In this document: in pieces, positions 45,324 to 54,647 of the stretch
Numbering within the stretch: position 1 is the first letter of the stretch
Layout of the letters: each line of letters starts with the position of its first letter
From: a virus
Virus record (IMG/VR): IMGVR_UViG_3300028829_004004
Coordinates: 1,352 to 65,351 of that record
DNA: 64,000 bases
Direction: 5' to 3' (one strand)
Notes under the pieces: model-generated
The model's database searches: none
What the model saw: only the letters and a program-made list of their open reading frames with translations
What the model was told of the DNA's origin: nothing
Translations under genes and position numbers: made by a program

Positions 45324-45994
45324 AATTTGTTGCCATACTTCAACAAGTTCTCCACTGATTCTTTTACTTCATCTTCGCTCCGCTCTGCGGCAAGTTCAAT
45401 GTCAGAACTCTTCTCTTGGAAACGCTCCAGCCCCTTGAACAGTTCCTCAGGGTTCTTCGGAATAACCCCTGTCTTGAATAGGAGGTCTAGCCGCATCTCT
45501 CTTGCCTTCAGCGCCGCTTGGTAGAACCTAGACTTAGATCCAGTGTCGGGGGCGTCCACTTGGACTTTGATAGTTTCACCGCTCTGGGTGACTACCTCTT
45601 GTGTAGCCTTCGCATTACTGGAGCGGGCTACCTCAAACAATGCGACACGCTCCAACTCCTCTAGCCATTGGACATTCTCGGCTACCATTGTCAAGGGATC
45701 AGTGTGGAGAATGTCCTCTCGGAAACGCTTCCCTAAACTCTTTAGGTCTTGATAGATAACACTCTTTGTTACGTTCAAGGCCGCGGCTATGTTATGCGTG
45801 GACACACCGCGAAGGCGCATCTCCCATACCTTGGCCATGCGGTTATCCCTTTCTTCTTTGGTAGGCATGAACCCTTTCGGTTTCTTTGGCGCGATCTCAA
45901 CAGCCTTGGTGGGCTTGTAAGGGGCGGCGTCCTCATCCACAAGCTCCGCGTCAACCGTCTCCGCTTCAGTCTTAGCTTTTCGGAAGTCTTTCAT
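45320..45994 (-). CDS. Terminase small subunit (HTH)
   Basis: RMAKVWEMRLRGVSTHNIAAALNVTKSVIYQDL HTH; directly upstream of terL. Confidence 0.7.
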   Translation of the reverse strand: MKDFRKAKTEAETVDAELVDEDAAPYKPTKAVEIAPKKPKGFMPTKEERDNRMAKVWEMRLRGVSTHNIAAALNVTKSVIYQDLKSLGKRFREDILHTDPLTMVAENVQWLEELERVALFEVARSSNAKATQEVVTQSGETIKVQVDAPDTGSKSRFYQAALKAREMRLDLLFKTGVIPKNPEELFKGLERFQEKSSDIELAAERSEDEVKESVENLLKYGNKL

Positions 45995-46605
45995 TTCTTC
46001 TCCCTGAAGATGTGTAACATGAGCAACTGTTTAGCTGTTATCCAGCCCCGCTTCAGGTACTGTGCTCGGATGCTTTTAAGTATGGTTTGATCTTTCTCAG
46101 GCAATAGATCTTCTCGGGCAAAGCAAGTCTGAAAGGCTTCCTCAACCTGCTCCCCTTTCATCTCAAAGGGTTTCAAGTCTTCGCCACTGTACCGCTGCTC
46201 ACAGTAGTAGGAGCACCGGTCTCGGAACTTCTTCTCCATGAAGCTCTCAATGATCTCACCTGACTGCACTCGCCTTGATACAAAAGAAAGGAACCCGTCT
46301 TTGGTCCCGTCCTCTAAGTCATAGTTTCCTTCTTCAAACTCCTGAAGTGCTTTGAAGAACTCGGGGGAGTCTGCGGAGAGCTTCTCCATGTAGTCAGGGT
46401 CCATCGCTCTCGTAAGTCGCTCCTCCATCTTATCCCGTCTTTCCGTAGACCGCTTCTTCAATTTAGCTTTCAGTCGCTCCCTCCGAACTGACTCGGGGGA
46501 GAGGTCGGGTTGGGAACAGTACCGACAGAGGGTGATGGCTCCTCTAACAGTGAAGTCTTTCTCGGGGTCTTCCCACCCGCACTCGTTACAAAGTTGTGAT
46601 TCCAT
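45991..46605 (-). CDS. Hypothetical protein with N-terminal CxxC pair
   Basis: ORF in operon; CNEC...CRYC. Confidence 0.6.
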   Translation of the reverse strand: MESQLCNECGWEDPEKDFTVRGAITLCRYCSQPDLSPESVRRERLKAKLKKRSTERRDKMEERLTRAMDPDYMEKLSADSPEFFKALQEFEEGNYDLEDGTKDGFLSFVSRRVQSGEIIESFMEKKFRDRCSYYCEQRYSGEDLKPFEMKGEQVEEAFQTCFAREDLLPEKDQTILKSIRAQYLKRGWITAKQLLMLHIFREKK

Positions 46606-46623
46606 ATTCAGTTTCCCTTGCCT

Positions 46624-46998
46624 TTAAGCGAAGTCGCGACGGACTATTCCCTGCTGCTTCCAGTGGACACGGCAGGGTTTATCCTCGATGAATGTGCGGA
46701 TGACCTCAAACGTCTGAGAGTCTACGACAAAATGAGAGTAGAAAGCGTCGAAGTCTTCGTGGGGTTCAACGTCTATGGCGGGTGTGCCCATCTCACTGTC
46801 TCGGTAGAAGACTACCCCAAGTTCTTGCAAACGTTTGCTTTCTTGGTTAACTTCGAGTTGAGTGTCCGACCAATCCGCGTCCTCTACGAAGTAGGGAATG
46901 CGGTGGAGTTCCAGCGGCATACAAGGAAGGAGACTGTACACCTGTATGGTGAAGTGGCGATCTTCGTATAGGTCGTCCATTATGCTACCACCTCGCAC
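46624..46998 (-). CDS. Hypothetical protein
   Basis: Operon packing. Confidence 0.5.
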   Translation of the reverse strand: MRGGSIMDDLYEDRHFTIQVYSLLPCMPLELHRIPYFVEDADWSDTQLEVNQESKRLQELGVVFYRDSEMGTPAIDVEPHEDFDAFYSHFVVDSQTFEVIRTFIEDKPCRVHWKQQGIVRRDFA

Positions 46999-47348
46999 AG
47001 CACACTCTTACCTGACTTGGTCTTTGCAATGATGCGGATGGAAGAGACTTGCAAGTCGTTAGCGATGAGTTCTTCATGCTGACTGCGCACGATGATACAA
47101 ACAATCCCCCGGTCCTCCTCCGTGATGAACCACTTCGGTCCTTCCTCGGAGTTGCGGACAACAGCGTGGCATGTGATAAACCAGCCACCTTCATTTCCCG
47201 GCTCCGACTTCAAAGTAATTTGGTCGGAGTCGAAAGGTCTGACGATACTCGAAGGGATTGGCCCACGCTCTACAAACTGGGAGAACACCCCCGGTGGGAT
47301 GAAGTCAGAAGAGTACTTCTGCTCGGGCTGGGTTTCTTCTATAATCAT
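46980..47348 (-). CDS. Hypothetical protein
   Basis: ATGA overlap with upstream gene. Confidence 0.55.
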   Translation of the reverse strand: MIIEETQPEQKYSSDFIPPGVFSQFVERGPIPSSIVRPFDSDQITLKSEPGNEGGWFITCHAVVRNSEEGPKWFITEEDRGIVCIIVRSQHEELIANDLQVSSIRIIAKTKSGKSVLCEVVA

Positions 47349-47680
47349 TTCTGCTTTACCTTTTTCAAACGTGGCTCAAACTTCTGGAAGAGATCAATGA
47401 TCTCCTCTGTGGAAAGGATGTGGCCCTTAATGTGCTGCCCGTCAGTGGGGTCTATAAAAGGGAACACGAGAGTACAAGCGTGGGGTGTTACGTCACACAC
47501 CATCCCGGTGGGCTTGCACTTAAACTCAGGGATCGGGAAGCGTGCGTGTTGCCCCGCTTCACAAAGGGGGAGGGGTAGTTGCATCTTACCTCGCAAGATC
47601 GTCTTCTTCATATCTGCTCGGACATCTAGCAGAACTGCGGTGACAGTGCGGGAGCGTTGGGGTACGCGGATCTTAGTCAT
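47345..47680 (-). CDS. Hypothetical protein
   Basis: ATGA overlaps. Confidence 0.55.
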   Translation of the reverse strand: MTKIRVPQRSRTVTAVLLDVRADMKKTILRGKMQLPLPLCEAGQHARFPIPEFKCKPTGMVCDVTPHACTLVFPFIDPTDGQHIKGHILSTEEIIDLFQKFEPRLKKVKQK

Positions 47681-47949
47681 TGGGAGTTGTCCTCGAAGGA
47701 ATAGCTAGGGTTCTCACCTTGCTTCTCTTTCATCTCATGGAAGACACCTGAACCACAACGGATGAGGGTAGTGCCTGAGGCCAAAGAAACGTCGAGTTCA
47801 TGTGACTCCATGCGGGGACAGTGGTGTACCTTGACTCGGGGGTCCGACTTCACTCGGGGTGAACCAAGTTTGCTTCCCTCTTTGTCCATGATCTCATGTT
47901 GGGCCTCGCCAATGGAGGACACCAAATCTAGTGCGGAGACTTTGCTCAT
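47677..47949 (-). CDS. Hypothetical protein
   Basis: ATGA overlaps. Confidence 0.55.
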   Translation of the reverse strand: MSKVSALDLVSSIGEAQHEIMDKEGSKLGSPRVKSDPRVKVHHCPRMESHELDVSLASGTTLIRCGSGVFHEMKEKQGENPSYSFEDNSQ

Positions 47950-48269
47950 TGGGACGGGTCCAGTTTTGCAAGAGGTAGCAAGCCGGGGGTTGTCTTGGTC
48001 TCGCCTCCTGCTTCACGTAGGTCCTCCAACTCCTCGAAAAGGAGTGCCTTGCCGTGGCAAAGGCTGAGGAGTACGCCGTCCTCGGTTTCCACCGGTTCGG
48101 AGAACAGAGGGCAGTAATCTGTGCAGGGTAGTCCAGCGGGGACCACCTTCCCGCGGTTGACCCCTGTCTTCGCCCGGTACCAGTGAGTGGTTGCTCGGCA
48201 GTCCTGCTGCTTTAGCAGCCCACGTCGATCAATGAATAGGTGACCATGTTTGTCGATCTTACCTTTCAT
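47946..48269 (-). CDS. Hypothetical protein
   Basis: ATGA overlaps. Confidence 0.55.
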   Translation of the reverse strand: MKGKIDKHGHLFIDRRGLLKQQDCRATTHWYRAKTGVNRGKVVPAGLPCTDYCPLFSEPVETEDGVLLSLCHGKALLFEELEDLREAGGETKTTPGLLPLAKLDPSQ

Positions 48270-48484
48270 TCGGACAACTCTTTGGTTGCCGGGGCTTCCA
48301 CAGTAACCTGCTCAGGGTGTGGGGGACGCCAGCCTGTCTGCATACGGAGAAGTGCTCTGATCCATGCGATGAGGGGGAGACCAAGCTGGCTACTCTGGTC
48401 TCGGTAGAACTCAAGTTCCTGTCCATCGAGGTACAGGTTAACGCGGACTCCCTTCGAGAGTCGGTTGGGGGTACTCTTGCTCAT
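48266..48484 (-). CDS. Ribbon-helix-helix-like DNA-binding protein
   Basis: VRVNLYLDGQELEFYRDQSSQLGLPLIAWIRALL beta-alpha-alpha pattern; start could extend to 48721. Confidence 0.5.
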   Translation of the reverse strand: MSKSTPNRLSKGVRVNLYLDGQELEFYRDQSSQLGLPLIAWIRALLRMQTGWRPPHPEQVTVEAPATKELSE

Positions 48485-48738
48485 TGATGTCTTCCAGTTT
48501 TTCTTTGGTTTACCCGTGCGGTGTTCCCGCGTTGAGATAAACTTATACCCGTTCGGAGATAAAACAACCCGGTTTCCAGTTCTTTTGTTGGTTTTTCTTT
48601 TTTTTCTTTTTCCGTCAGGAGGATCTGATGGGGGTTTTTCTGATGGAATCTTTTGAGGATGGCGAGCGGAGCGAGCCATGCCGCGCCGAATGGCGCGGAG
48701 AGGTGGCGCCGAAGGTGCCATCCTCGGAATCTTCCGGC

Positions 48739-49060
48739 CTACCCCCGTAGGGGGTAGACCAAAGAAGAAAATGTGTGTGATACAAATGTGTGTGATTCCG
48801 ATTTCGGATTTACCCCTTTCCCCCTAAAGGGGAAAGGGGTATGCTCGAGATCTAATTTTGCACGAATAGGGTACTACTACGAAGTAGTAGTACCTATTCG
48901 TACGCTGTAAATTAGTAATCTGTACTATATCTTTAGATATAGTACTAATAATAAAATATATCTAAAAAGCGCGTGCGAGCGTGCGCGGAGCGTGCGTGCG
49001 CGCACCCGTACGTAACGCGCGTGTATGTGGGCACATACACGTACGTAACACGCGCGCCCC
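48739..49060. other. Hairpin/palindrome cluster at the transcription divergence (origin- or packaging-site-like)
   Basis: Inverted repeats at 48739-48757, 48811-48841, 48863-48900, 48922-48945, 49020-49041; direct repeats AAATGTGTGTGAT x2; AT-rich then alternating purine-pyrimidine tract. Confidence 0.6.
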
Positions 49061-49067
49061 TAGTTGG

Positions 49068-49277
49068 CTACTGCCCGAGTCGGTTGCTGAGTTGCTGCGC
49101 CCATCCACCAGAAGAAGGGGGTGGTTCACTTTGTGTAGTCGTGGTCAGGTTTAGTTCTGCCACTTCGGGAGCTTTCTTACACCGGGCTAATCCTACGATC
49201 AAACCCAAGTTCACCAGATTGAAAGCTGCGCTGCAAATTAGAGCGATGTCTGTTAGATTGAGGGATGTGTTGTCCAT
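49068..49277 (-). CDS. Small membrane protein
   Basis: GGAG RBS; one hydrophobic helix. Confidence 0.45.
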   Translation of the reverse strand: MDNTSLNLTDIALICSAAFNLVNLGLIVGLARCKKAPEVAELNLTTTTQSEPPPSSGGWAQQLSNRLGQ

Positions 49278-49349
49278 TACTACGAGTCTCCATTACTACT
49301 TCGTTTCTCTGAATACTGTAGTAGCAAAAGTAGAAAATTCAACAAAGGA

Positions 49350-49937
49350 ATGGAAAGGATGTCTAACATTAACCGAAGGTTAGGTCTGGCGTTTGTTCAT
49401 ATCCCAAAGACCGGAGGAGTCGCTGTGTGCGAGTCCCTTGGGTTAGCAATACGAGGGCATCAGCGTCTCTCGGAGATGCGCCGGTTCCGTCGTAGGTACT
49501 TCTCTTTCTGCTTCGTCCGCAACCCTTGGGACCGAATGGTCTCTGCCTACTCGTACTTCAGGGCAGGGGGAAGAGGCCACCGGAATGATATCAAAACTAT
49601 GCGCGTTGTGCGAGAGAGTTCTACCTTCCCTGAGTTCTGCTCACGATTAGAAGACCCCGAGTTTAAGCGAAGGCTAGAGAGATGTCGCTCCCCTCACTTC
49701 CTACCTCAGGTCCACTGGCATGACCCGCGGATTAAATTGGTGGGGAGGTTTGATAACTTTGCGGAGGACTTCAAGGAGGTCTGCACGCAGGTGGGCTTAC
49801 CGGACACTGAGCTTTTAGTTCGGAATACTAGTGAGCACTTACCATACCCCGAGTACTACACTGAGAGTGCTGCTCAGATTGTTGAGCGGGTCTACAAAGA
49901 AGACATTGAAAAATACAACTACAAGTTTGGAGATTGA
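49350..49937 (+). CDS. Sulfotransferase (Sulfotransfer_2-like)
   Basis: FVHIPKTGG 5'-PSB loop and FVRNPWDRMVSAY 3'-PB motif. Confidence 0.9.
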   Translation: MERMSNINRRLGLAFVHIPKTGGVAVCESLGLAIRGHQRLSEMRRFRRRYFSFCFVRNPWDRMVSAYSYFRAGGRGHRNDIKTMRVVRESSTFPEFCSRLEDPEFKRRLERCRSPHFLPQVHWHDPRIKLVGRFDNFAEDFKEVCTQVGLPDTELLVRNTSEHLPYPEYYTESAAQIVERVYKEDIEKYNYKFGD

Positions 49938-50434
49938 TTATGGTTATCTGGTTCACCGGGCTTTCCGGTTCAGGGAAGACAACACTCGCAAAAGAAATCC
50001 TCAAAGTTTTACCCCGCGGATTCCTTGTGGACGGGGACATGCTCAGAGAAGGGTTGTGTGCTGACCTCGACTTCGACCCACCCTCTCGGCATGAACAGGC
50101 ACGGCGGGCCGCAGGAGTTGCCAAGATAGCTCATGCAAACGTTTGCACGGTAGCCTGCTCTGTGATTACCCCACTGGAGAAAAGCCGGGAGGTAGCACGT
50201 GAGATGCTCAAAGACTGTGACTTCAAAATGGTCTATGTCAGCACTCCACTAAAGGTCTGTCAGCAGAGGGACCCCAAAGGACTTTACGCAAAAGTTGCTG
50301 CCGGAGAGATCACTAAGTTTACTGGAATCAGTAGCCCTTTCTGGCCCCCCGCACAATACGACTCTGTTGTGGACACAACTGATAGAACAATCACTGACTG
50401 CCTTGATCAGATTCTTTCTGATATCGGCTTGTAA
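49934..50434 (+). CDS. cysC: Adenylyl-sulfate (APS) kinase
   Basis: IWFTGLSGSGKTT, DGDMLREGL, RDPKGLYAK...FTGISSP. Confidence 0.95.
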   Translation: MIMVIWFTGLSGSGKTTLAKEILKVLPRGFLVDGDMLREGLCADLDFDPPSRHEQARRAAGVAKIAHANVCTVACSVITPLEKSREVAREMLKDCDFKMVYVSTPLKVCQQRDPKGLYAKVAAGEITKFTGISSPFWPPAQYDSVVDTTDRTITDCLDQILSDIGL

Positions 50435-50491
50435 TTAAAGGCAGACGTGCTAGAGTACCTACCAAAGGAATCCAACACATAAGGAATAAGC

Positions 50492-50764
50492 ATGGACCTT
50501 GAACGAGAAAAAGTAAATACATTGCGAGAGGCGGGGTTAGGCCACTCGGTAGCATTAGCAGCGGAAGGGATGTGCCCCACCTGTGCCGAGCCAGTTAGCA
50601 TCGACGCCCTAGCTGAGGCGGGCTACCTAGCTTTCTACAATGCTTTCGGGATGTGCCTCGATTGCATTACCCTCCACAAAGAGGAAGACCCGGACGAGCT
50701 AATCCTCAAATGTGAACTCCGAGCACATGCTCTCCAAGAGGAGACTTTCAATGACTCTCTCTGA
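50492..50764 (+). CDS. Hypothetical protein (CxxC pairs)
   Basis: CPTC...CLDC; AAGGA RBS. Confidence 0.5.
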   Translation: MDLEREKVNTLREAGLGHSVALAAEGMCPTCAEPVSIDALAEAGYLAFYNAFGMCLDCITLHKEEDPDELILKCELRAHALQEETFNDSL

Positions 50765-51239
50765 GCTACAAAACACAGAAGGGTTGGTTGTCAATCTGAT
50801 AGATAGGATGGCACAAGATCTTCTTGTGTTCTTTGACTTCCGGGACCTTGTACAGGATTGTATAATTGCGGTCTCAAAAGAGCAACACCGATTCGATGAG
50901 GCAAGAGGGAAGTGGTCCACCTTCGTCTCCGTAGTGGTACGCACGGTCCTTAGCAGGACCCGCACTAAGTGCTACCGGTTACCCCTCTCGCAAGACCCTA
51001 CCCTCCCTGAGTTCTCGCATTGCCCCGACCCTCACCCTCTACCTTGGGAAGGTGTGTCCCGAGAGGATATCGCAAGCGCGTACCTCTGCCTCGATGAGAG
51101 GGAGAAGAAAGTAGTGGAGGACTTCGTCCATAAGGTGAACCAAGAAGAGACCGCGGAAGAGTGGAACATTCACAGGACACGGGTCGCGCAGATCAGAAAG
51201 CAGGCTTTTGAAAAAATTAGAACCACCCTCGTAAGGTAA
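50712..51239 (+). CDS. Phage sigma70-family (ECF-like) sigma factor
   Basis: Region 2 DLVQD...FDEARGKWSTF and region 4 LDEREK...EETAEEWNIHRTRVAQI. Confidence 0.8.
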   Translation: MNSEHMLSKRRLSMTLSELQNTEGLVVNLIDRMAQDLLVFFDFRDLVQDCIIAVSKEQHRFDEARGKWSTFVSVVVRTVLSRTRTKCYRLPLSQDPTLPEFSHCPDPHPLPWEGVSREDIASAYLCLDEREKKVVEDFVHKVNQEETAEEWNIHRTRVAQIRKQAFEKIRTTLVR

Positions 51240-51243
51240 TCAC

Positions 51244-52056
51244 ATGAACATCTACATCGCAGGACCGATGCGGTCCAAACCTGAATTTAATTTCCCTGCC
51301 TTCTTTGAGGCGGCTGAGTGGCTGTCTAGCTTAGGGCTGAATCCCATTAACCCCGCGGAGTTCGACGTTGACCGGGGGTTCGATCCCCGCAGTGGAAGAG
51401 GGCAGTTGGTTACCCCTGAGTTCATCGCGGACGCTATCCGGCGAGACGTGGGTCTCATCCTAGATGAGGCGGAAGGGATTCTAATGCTCCCCGGTTGGAC
51501 TGAGAGTATCGGAGCGTCAGCAGAGTACGCCCTCGCACGATGGAAAGAATTGCCGGTGTTCAAGCGAGATGGTGACCTCCTCGTAGGAGAGGAAACCATA
51601 GGCCCACTTGATATGGAGTACTCTGAAGAGAAGAAGCAGAAGTTCACCCCTGACCCGGTGGTCAACACATCTGTCCCGAAGGGAGATCACTTATTCAATG
51701 CCAACTGGCCATTCACTGACCCCTCAGTTGAAGAGGAGGAAGACGTTCTTGAGGAGGCGCTTCGTCTCACAAGAGGCGACCGGCAGAACCAGTATGGCCC
51801 ACCAGACCAAGACTTCCGACGTACCGCAGATATGTGGACCGCTTTGAAGGGGGTGAAGTTTGAGCCAAAGGATGTTGCCATGTTCACTATCTGTATGAAG
51901 CTCTCTCGGGAGACGCACCAGAAGAAACGTGATAACTGGGTGGACATCGCAGGGTACGCCCGGTGTGGTCACATCTGCGCTGAGGCCGCGGCACAGCGGG
52001 AAGTGGAACAGGACGAGGAGTGGAATTACTGCCGTATCAATCGAGGTGCAGAGTGA
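51244..52056 (+). CDS. DUF4406-like / DUF6378-like fusion (nucleotide metabolism associated)
   Basis: IYIAGPM...FNFPAF N-domain; LEEA...GDRQNQYG...DNWVDIAGY C-domain; names from recall. Confidence 0.7.
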   Translation: MNIYIAGPMRSKPEFNFPAFFEAAEWLSSLGLNPINPAEFDVDRGFDPRSGRGQLVTPEFIADAIRRDVGLILDEAEGILMLPGWTESIGASAEYALARWKELPVFKRDGDLLVGEETIGPLDMEYSEEKKQKFTPDPVVNTSVPKGDHLFNANWPFTDPSVEEEEDVLEEALRLTRGDRQNQYGPPDQDFRRTADMWTALKGVKFEPKDVAMFTICMKLSRETHQKKRDNWVDIAGYARCGHICAEAAAQREVEQDEEWNYCRINRGAE

Positions 52057-52262
52057 AACGTAAGAAAAGACATAACGACCCTGACCTTCGTAGTAAGGCA
52101 ATGTACATTAGCGTTAGCCTCCCGGTATTACAGGCACTAGAGGGAGTACGGCCTCTGCTTAACGGAAGTTCAGGGGCTTACCTCGGGGTGTATAAACATG
52201 CGGCAGCTACCCTCTGCCGTGAATTGGAGTGGGAAACTTATGGGGAGGTGCAAGGTGATTAA
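52053..52262 (+). CDS. Hypothetical protein
   Basis: GTGA overlap with upstream stop. Confidence 0.4.
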   Translation: MKRKKRHNDPDLRSKAMYISVSLPVLQALEGVRPLLNGSSGAYLGVYKHAAATLCRELEWETYGEVQGD

Positions 52263-52593
52263 GGAATTTGACGATATCGTAGAATACCTACTTGACAATG
52301 GGTGGACACAATACACAGCATACGATACTAAGGTAGGGTGTCAGGACTTCTACAAGGTCTTCCCCACGCCTCACGGGTGTAGGGGGACAGGAAACCCCGG
52401 AATAGAAATCACTTGCCGGGTACAGCGGTTCATGGATGTAACTGTGTTTAGTTTCACCCTGCAAGGGGAGACTGTAAACGGAGGGTTCAAACTGAGTCGG
52501 TATGACCTTACTGATGATTTCGCTGAGGCTATCAAGGTGACCAACGACATGGTTGCCCTGTGGGAAATAGCAAACATACCGAGGGTTGGATAA
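52198..52593 (+). CDS. Hypothetical protein
   Basis: Operon packing; start probably GTG 52255. Confidence 0.5.
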   Translation: MRQLPSAVNWSGKLMGRCKVIKEFDDIVEYLLDNGWTQYTAYDTKVGCQDFYKVFPTPHGCRGTGNPGIEITCRVQRFMDVTVFSFTLQGETVNGGFKLSRYDLTDDFAEAIKVTNDMVALWEIANIPRVG

Positions 52594-53249
52594 TGAGTAT
52601 TCCACACGTAGAGTTAGTTACACACACCCCCAACCCTGAGTACATGATGGCTAGGGTTGCTAGGGTCTCTAATCCTAAGAACCAAGATAACCCTAAGTTT
52701 GGGAAATTATTAAGGTATATGATAAGGGAAAAGCATTATTCACCCTTTGAACACGCCAGCCTCACGCTGAAGGTCACGACGACATTGGACATAGCGACAC
52801 AGATCCTCCGTCACCGTAGCTTCACATTCCAACAACTCTCTCGTCGTTATGCAGGGGACAAAGAGGCGCCAGTGGTGATGCACATACCTGAGCTTCGGGC
52901 ACCCCACCCCAAGAATCGTCAGAAGTCGGTGGAGACCCTCCCCCAACCGATTCAGGACATGTACGCAAGACATATCAATCACCTCTTCACATTAGCGGAG
53001 GAACTCTATCAAGATATGCTTGAGGATGGGGTTGCTAAGGAGTGTGCCCGAGCAGTACTCCCACAGGCAACGCAGACTACCCTCCACATGACCGGGTCCT
53101 GCCGTTCGTGGTTGCATTACATTGCCCTGCGTGGCGGGAACGGCACACAGAAAGAACACATGGCAGTGGCCGAGCAAGCCAAGGGGATCTTTCGAGAAGT
53201 ATTCCCCACCGTCGCCGGAGCGGTGGATAACCTGAACTGGGAGATTTGA
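52593..53249 (+). CDS. thyX: FAD-dependent thymidylate synthase
   Basis: HYSPFEHA, RHRSFTFQQLSRR signature, ECARAVLP. Confidence 0.95.
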   Translation: MSIPHVELVTHTPNPEYMMARVARVSNPKNQDNPKFGKLLRYMIREKHYSPFEHASLTLKVTTTLDIATQILRHRSFTFQQLSRRYAGDKEAPVVMHIPELRAPHPKNRQKSVETLPQPIQDMYARHINHLFTLAEELYQDMLEDGVAKECARAVLPQATQTTLHMTGSCRSWLHYIALRGGNGTQKEHMAVAEQAKGIFREVFPTVAGAVDNLNWEI

Positions 53250-53251
53250 CG

Positions 53252-53389
53252 ATGCTTGTTTGCGTAGACTGTGACCAATACGTGGACCCGGTGGAGGAAC
53301 AAACTAAGTGGGGGGACCTTGAGTGCCGGTGTGGTGGGACCTTGTTCATAGAGGAACCCGACGATCCCCCTGAAATGGAGATAAAGTAA
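53252..53389 (+). CDS. 45-aa Zn-ribbon-like protein (below ORF-track cutoff)
   Basis: MLVCVDCD...CRCGG; stop overlaps next ATG. Confidence 0.5.
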   Translation: MLVCVDCDQYVDPVEEQTKWGDLECRCGGTLFIEEPDDPPEMEIK

Positions 53390-53667
53390 TGGGCTGGGAA
53401 AGAGGAAGGTTTAAGTTCGTTAAGCCCCCCTCAAAGCAGGCTGAGATGGACAGCCCTTTCCATGCAGAGTGTAGGGGGTTTATTGCGGGGATAATTACCG
53501 CCATAGTTATCTTCATGGTTACCTTAGCTGCGACGGGTCTCCTCGAACAAGAAAGAGCGTGCGAAATATTTCTTGACGAACAGGGGGAGATTGTTTGGAT
53601 ACAAGGTGACTACTTGTTACGACATGATGTCGGGGCCTCTTCTCAGACCAACACCCACACGGACTAG
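53389..53667 (+). CDS. Membrane protein
   Basis: Central hydrophobic helix. Confidence 0.5.
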   Translation: MGWERGRFKFVKPPSKQAEMDSPFHAECRGFIAGIITAIVIFMVTLAATGLLEQERACEIFLDEQGEIVWIQGDYLLRHDVGASSQTNTHTD

Positions 53668-53673
53668 CTATCA

Positions 53674-53928
53674 ATGATCACTGGTGCTCTACCTATCCCT
53701 CCCTCTGCGTGCCCTTGTAAGGACTATGCAAGAACCGACATACTAGAGGGAGGACACTCCTCTAGGTGCCCAAATAAAGACCGGGTGGCAGTAGACCTTG
53801 GGTGGTTAAAGCTACGGATCAACCACCTAATGAGGCGCGGGCTTTCAGTCAGTGCCGCCTTTGAGAAGGTGGAAGAGGAACTCTCACGCGAGAAGAAGTA
53901 TGAGTCAAGAGAACTCAACCCATTCTAG
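53674..53928 (+). CDS. Hypothetical protein
   Basis: Operon packing. Confidence 0.45.
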   Translation: MITGALPIPPSACPCKDYARTDILEGGHSSRCPNKDRVAVDLGWLKLRINHLMRRGLSVSAAFEKVEEELSREKKYESRELNPF

Positions 53929-53952
53929 CAAACGTTTGCATGGAGAAAACCG

Positions 53953-54636
53953 ATGGACAAAGTAATCCTCAGTATGCACTTCGAGAAGTGCGGTGGCACT
54001 ACCCTCAGATACTTCTGGAAGAAATCCTTCAACGACTCTGAGTTCTTCTTATACGAGCCTCACCTCTATGAGCATAACGTCCTCATAGAAGAGATTGATG
54101 AGGGCGTGGGGCAGTACAAAGATGTTAAGGTAATTCACGGACACTTCGCGCATGGGCTGCACCTTTCCCTAACAAGACCGTGTGAGTACGTGTGCGTCCT
54201 CCGTGATCCAGTGGATCGGTTCATTAGTCACTTCAACCATTGGCGGGAGTGGGGTCAGGCACCCGCGGGGAGTAACGTCACCGGACAAAAGATAACGATC
54301 GAAGAGTTCCTTGAAGACCCCAGCAGTAACAGCATACGCAACCTCATGACGAAGAGGTTAGCGGGGTTAGGGTTAACGACAGACGCTACTTGCGAGGACT
54401 TCGAGGAGGCAGCTAAGAACCTCAGTGCCTTTTCCGCGGTGGGTTTTGTTGATAACCTCCCAGAGTTTGGTAAAGAGATCGCGCACAAGTTCGGGTTGAA
54501 GGATGCTAACTGTGACTTCAAACTAAACTCCCAGAGACTCGGGACGGTGAAGCACAAGTTGCCTAAAGAAACGTTAGAGAAGATAGAGATTCTGAACTAT
54601 TGGGACAGACGGCTCTACAACTCAGTAGTAAAGTAG
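53953..54636 (+). CDS. Sulfotransferase (Sulfotransfer_2-like)
   Basis: MHFEKCGGTTL, IHGHF, LRDPVDRFISHF motifs; GGAG RBS. Confidence 0.85.
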   Translation: MDKVILSMHFEKCGGTTLRYFWKKSFNDSEFFLYEPHLYEHNVLIEEIDEGVGQYKDVKVIHGHFAHGLHLSLTRPCEYVCVLRDPVDRFISHFNHWREWGQAPAGSNVTGQKITIEEFLEDPSSNSIRNLMTKRLAGLGLTTDATCEDFEEAAKNLSAFSAVGFVDNLPEFGKEIAHKFGLKDANCDFKLNSQRLGTVKHKLPKETLEKIEILNYWDRRLYNSVVK

Positions 54637-54647
54637 GAGAAGAGAGT

